Shown here one piece after another: positions 45,648-49,262 of a stretch of 49,262 bases of DNA; positions within the stretch are counted from its first letter, which is position 1; each line of letters begins with the position of its first letter. A program made the position numbers and the translations under genes. Origin of the DNA: Spirochaetales bacterium (GTDB lineage Bacteria > Spirochaetota > Spirochaetia > DTKZ01); contig JAISQU010000157.1 in the NCBI GenBank assembly GCA_031274005.1, forward strand, positions 1 through 49,262, read 5' to 3'. The notes below the pieces were generated by a model. The model worked only from the letters and a program-made list of their open reading frames with translations. It had not been told where the DNA came from and did not search any database.

Positions 45648-47054
45648 ATGGAAGAAAAGGAATTGTCAACACAACTTGAAGACACATTTGTCCGCTTTCA
45701 GGATAATCTTGACGCGGTTGTTCTTCCCAAGTTCAAGGAAGACCTCCGGCTTATTTACTCGGCCTATAAGACCGTGCACAGCATTCTTCTAAAAAAGGGT
45801 TTTATCCATGAAGACCCGTACAAAAGCGAGACAAAACTTTCGGAGATAACCCTTCCGGCAACTACGGGTTTCACCGATTCAGAAAAAATTGACCAAATGA
45901 GCATACGGCTTTCTTCCTACGAGGTACAGCTTGATTTTCTTTTGAATTATTATCAGTTCAGCATGGAGTTTCTGGATATTCCCCGGATACGCCTTGTCGC
46001 GGGACTTCTGCGTTATATAAGCTGGGACCAGTTGGGCCCCTCTGCGCAGGATCCTGTAACCAAGGCTCTGGCGGAGCTTATCACAAAGGCAAAAACCGGC
46101 GCCGACGCGCTTTCGGTCGGGCTTATGAACGACTCCCTTGAACAAATACGGAAAACCATTCCCGCCTGTTTTAAGCCCCTCAAAGACATAACGGATTTCA
46201 GCAGGGAACTCTACAAAATAGAAATGCGGGCAAAGGTGTTTTCCGGCCTCTCCATTAAATCCGGAAGCCCGGTCAACAAGGAAGATCTCATCAGGCAGGT
46301 AAAAAAGGCTTTCCCTTCCGCCATGTCGGGCAAACCTTTTTACCCTGAGCTGGCGGGAGAAGTTATTGACGAGGACTACGGACCGGGGGGGGCGGAACTC
46401 AAAGAAACCATTGTCCGGCGCTTCACAATAGAGGCAAGCAAACCCAAGGTCGTGCGGCAGGCCGTTTCCTTTACCGGGATGCTGCTGGACTCCATACGCA
46501 CCATGGCTTCGGCAGCCCGCTATCTTGAAGACGCCGTCAGGAAACTTGTCGAGAATAATACCCTCATGCAGAACAAAAAAGCAACGGGCTTTATGGAAAA
46601 GTTCAAACAGTGGTTCTCCCAGCTTTCCAGCAAACCGGAGGCGGACGCATCATACGAGCTGGAATATTTTGACAGCGCTACATCAACGACAAAACGTGAA
46701 AAAATCCAGTTTGAGAGCTTCATTACGGATGTTCAAAAACATGTGAGGGTTTTTAACGGCCTCACTGTCAGGGGCGGCGTCATGTACAACCGCATGGAAA
46801 AGGCCGACGAGAATACGCTTTTCTCTTTTCTGGAAAAACAAACGGGAGAGCTTTCCCTTATGTACCGCCGCCTTCAGGGGCTGGACACCTTTTTTAAGAA
46901 CGAAATCCCCCGCGAGCAGAAAGAAGATCTGCGCGGCATTAAAATTGAACTTACCGCCATCAAGAACAGCATGGCGCGCGCAACCCAGAAAAAGCACGAA
47001 TACATCGCGCGCAAGGAAGAATCCGAACAGATGAAAAAACTGGGTATTAAATGA
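45648..47054 (+). CDS. Hypothetical protein (largely alpha-helical, charged)
   Basis: The ORF is open from 45588, but that start would overlap the divergent gene. ATG 45648 (MEEKELSTQ) is preferred. No recognisable motif. Confidence 0.6.
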   Translation: MEEKELSTQLEDTFVRFQDNLDAVVLPKFKEDLRLIYSAYKTVHSILLKKGFIHEDPYKSETKLSEITLPATTGFTDSEKIDQMSIRLSSYEVQLDFLLNYYQFSMEFLDIPRIRLVAGLLRYISWDQLGPSAQDPVTKALAELITKAKTGADALSVGLMNDSLEQIRKTIPACFKPLKDITDFSRELYKIEMRAKVFSGLSIKSGSPVNKEDLIRQVKKAFPSAMSGKPFYPELAGEVIDEDYGPGGAELKETIVRRFTIEASKPKVVRQAVSFTGMLLDSIRTMASAARYLEDAVRKLVENNTLMQNKKATGFMEKFKQWFSQLSSKPEADASYELEYFDSATSTTKREKIQFESFITDVQKHVRVFNGLTVRGGVMYNRMEKADENTLFSFLEKQTGELSLMYRRLQGLDTFFKNEIPREQKEDLRGIKIELTAIKNSMARATQKKHEYIARKEESEQMKKLGIK

Positions 47055-47221
47055 GCCGGTTCCAAAATGAAACCATTTTTTGAAGCCCGTGGGGCGCAAT
47101 GGGATTGAAGGGGCGCGAAGCGGCCGCGCCAGCGGCGGAACCCCCGAAAAGCCCGGTTTTTTGCGGTTTCGCCGCAAAAAATGCGCACGAATGATTAGGG
47201 TTTTCATTTTGGAACCGGCTC
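47053..47221. repeat. 169-bp element bounded by 19-bp perfect terminal inverted repeats (MITE-like or giant stem-loop), containing repeat-family copy X3
   Basis: GAGCCGGTTCCAAAATGAA (47053-47071) is the exact reverse complement of TTCATTTTGGAACCGGCTC (47203-47221). The interior (47087-47188) aligns with 24263-24368 (reverse complement). Confidence 0.7.
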
Positions 47222-47247
47222 AAGTAAGTAGTATGAGGAGTGTCCAA

Positions 47248-47943
47248 ATGCGATTCTTCAGAATAATAGCGCCGGTATGCGCGGGAATTCTTGTCTGTTC
47301 CGCTTTTTGGGGATGCGCGGGCGGCCCGGCCCCGGTAGAAGAAACGCCTTCCCCTCCGGTGTCCGAATCAAAACCGGAACCCGAAGTTTCCCCGCAGATA
47401 GTCGACGGCGCTTCCGCGGCGCTTCCTGCGCAGCCGGCGGCTGATTCCGAATTTTCCCTGCAGCCAATTGACAGGAGAATAGTCTATCAGGTCATAGAAG
47501 GCGGGGACAGCCTGAAAAAACTCCAGTATTATATTTCGGAAACCGTCACCCTGGTACAGGAAAACGTCATGCGAAGTATAGAAATCAGGCAGGGCGCGGG
47601 GCTGCGGCGCGAGACCTCCGCGACCGGGCAAATAGTGATACAAAAGGAAACGCCCGGCGTTCTTGTTAACACCTTCTTTGATTCAGACAAACGCAGAATC
47701 CTTGCCGTTTCTTTTGATGAAACCAGCGATAGAAACACCTTGTTTTTTCGAGAAGACAACGTTTCGCGCCGGTTTGTCCTCATGTATGACGCAAAATCGT
47801 ATCTTACAGGCTACGGCGACCGGCAGTATCTGCTGAACTTTAACGGAGATGTTCCCCACCTGCTTATCCGTTTTAGCGAAGAAAAAACCAGCGTTCCCTC
47901 CGAGCGGGTAGTACGAGGCCGTTTCCTGAGCACGGAAAACTAA
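47248..47943 (+). CDS. Lipoprotein, function unknown
   Basis: Start ATG 47248 is preceded by AGGAG at 7 nt. Signal peptide MRFFRIIAPVCAGILVCSAFWG-C. The ORF-track start at 47080 would run through the inverted-repeat element. Confidence 0.65.
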   Translation: MRFFRIIAPVCAGILVCSAFWGCAGGPAPVEETPSPPVSESKPEPEVSPQIVDGASAALPAQPAADSEFSLQPIDRRIVYQVIEGGDSLKKLQYYISETVTLVQENVMRSIEIRQGAGLRRETSATGQIVIQKETPGVLVNTFFDSDKRRILAVSFDETSDRNTLFFREDNVSRRFVLMYDAKSYLTGYGDRQYLLNFNGDVPHLLIRFSEEKTSVPSERVVRGRFLSTEN

Positions 47944-48287
47944 CATACGCCTCCGGTTGCGCAGCCGCGCCTTTGGTTTGCGGCGGTTTGTTTTTTCGCA
48001 TGTAGCGCGCCGGCGACATTCACCGCAATTTCCGCCCGCCTGCGGCGGGAGCGCCATCACGGAAATTGCGGAAGGGGCATAACTAACCCGGCAATTGCTG
48101 CGCAATTGCGTTGTATCAAGGAGCTTGTGTGAACAAACCTAAAGAGGCTTGGTGACTTTCTCCGCAATTTCCGGGGCGATTTCCCCCGCCGATGCGGGGG
48201 GAAATCGCCTCCGTGGGGCAGCCGAAAAATTGATACTTTTGCGCTCGGCAGCCTTATTGAGCCAGGACGGGATAGTCAGGGTTTTTT

Positions 48288-48650
48288 TTACCGGCTTTTC
48301 TTCGTAATCTGCCTTAAAATTTTCGGTATAGATATAAACAAGAGAAACAAATCCTTCGGCGGCTTATCGATCCGCGGTCTTCCCCGGAGCCGCTTCGGTC
48401 CAGGGGTTTTAGGTCGCTCTTTGCAGGGCCGGCCAACATGGAACTTCCGCACCTTTATCTTCGGCGTATGTCGGTCCAAATCCTCCGGCCTGAGGGCGAC
48501 TATCTCATCTTCATCGAAGGCATCCCGCTGGGTTTCATTCGCCTTTGGCGGCTTTATGTCACGAAAGGCATTGTGCCATTTTTCATGGGTAATTCCGTAT
48601 TCCCGAAACGCCATGCGGATAAACCTGATGATCTTCGTCACTGCCGGCAT
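48288..48650 (-). CDS. Hypothetical basic protein with AT-hook-like GRP motifs
   Basis: 120-aa ORF. Its C-terminal half contains HVGRPCKERPKTPGPKRLRGRPRIDKPPK. There is no family recognition, and competing ORFs exist on the other strand. Confidence 0.3.
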   Translation of the reverse strand: MPAVTKIIRFIRMAFREYGITHEKWHNAFRDIKPPKANETQRDAFDEDEIVALRPEDLDRHTPKIKVRKFHVGRPCKERPKTPGPKRLRGRPRIDKPPKDLFLLFISIPKILRQITKKSR

Positions 48651-48863
48651 ACTCTTTCAGGCAATCCGCAGATGGAATTGAGCGAAATCCGGAAGGTTTC
48701 CGCATCATTACGCCGTGGCGTAACAAAGGGTTTCGGGACACGGGGCATTGCCGCACTCCAAAACACGAAAAAATAATCGCACGATAAGCGCACGATTCCA
48801 CGCAGATTCGTTTTTGGAGCATAGGCCTGTACGGTAATTCCTTACAGTACAAACACTTAATTC

Positions 48864-48936
48864 TGAGCCGCACAAGATTCGAACTTGTGACCCACGCCTT
48901 AAAAGGGCGTTGCACTACCAACTGAGCTAGCGGCCC
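48864..48936 (-). tRNA. tRNA-Lys (anticodon UUU)
   Basis: The minus strand reads GGGCCGCTAGCTCAGTTGGTAGTGCAACGCCCTTTTAAGGCGTGGGTCACAAGTTCGAATCTTGTGCGGCTCA. Anticodon stem ACGCC/GGCGT, loop CTTTTAA. Confidence 0.9.
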
Positions 48937-49150
48937 GTAAGTCCTTATCTTATATAGAGTTACTAGATAAATCTCTACAGGTATCCGCTATATAAGATGG
49001 TCATTATGTATAACCGCAATTTACTCTAATGTCAAGCGGTCAGCGCGTGATGGGGCTATTTTTTTTCAGGACGTCTTTTTTGCTTTGCCTGGCCTTAAGC
49101 GCAGCAGGCTCATAGTAACTTAGAGCCTGTTCAAAATCTCCTTATAATTC

Positions 49151-49262
49151 GGAATTTGGGTGCATTTGCGGCGTAAAACGCCGCAAACCGGGCTTTTCGC
49201 TCCAATCTTTTGGCTACGCCAAAAGGATTTCCGCTTCAATCCCTTGCACGCCCGAGGGGGGG
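49151..49262 (-). repeat. Copy of the dispersed GGGATTGmAG hairpin-repeat family (X2), possibly truncated by the window edge
   Basis: The reverse complement reads GCGTGCAAGGGATTGAAGCGGAAATCC-[TTTTGGC-GTA-GCCAAAA]-GATTGGAGCGAAAAGCCCGG-[TTTGCGGCG-TTTTA-CGCCGCAAA]-TGCACCCAAA. It is collinear with 27318-27442. Confidence 0.65.

Noticed and set aside
48421-48921. Plus- and minus-strand ORFs 48421..48681, 48438..48776 and 48583..48921
   Set aside because: They are mutually overlapping with no motifs, and the last one runs into the tRNA-Lys gene. Only the 120-aa minus-strand ORF was kept, at low confidence.

Overview
49.3-kb chromosomal segment of a GC-rich bacterium (mid-50s % GC by eye). Gene content and synteny suggest a spirochaete, probably Treponema-like; this is inference only, based on the rpoN-hpf-hprK-ptsH cluster, a secreted cyclophilin-FKBP dual PPIase, DUF4116-type repeat proteins and many lipobox lipoproteins. 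Most of the window is housekeeping: ggt, radA, purU, gpmI, argH, the ffs-dnaX-ybaB-recR block, holA, lexA and putP. It also carries two sigma-54 two-component systems, a MacAB-like efflux operon with a consensus sigma-54 promoter, and a hybrid histidine kinase. Accessory content comprises a sharply AT-rich vapBC islet, two paralogous DUF4116 repeat proteins, two tandem HEPN/MNT modules, and a retropepsin-like protease plus DraRnl-type RNA ligase pair. The most unusual feature is non-coding. A 1.2-kb array holds all four tRNA-Ser isoacceptors plus tRNA-Arg(GCG). Its spacers contain a family of ~130-140 nt GC-rich structured repeats with compensatory hairpin changes and termini that mimic the adjacent tRNA 3' ends. 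I do not recognise this family. A second dispersed hairpin-repeat family (GGGATTGmAG modules) occupies many intergenic regions. A G20 homopolymer lies upstream of putP. No CRISPR array, rRNA or intact transposase/integrase gene is visible.
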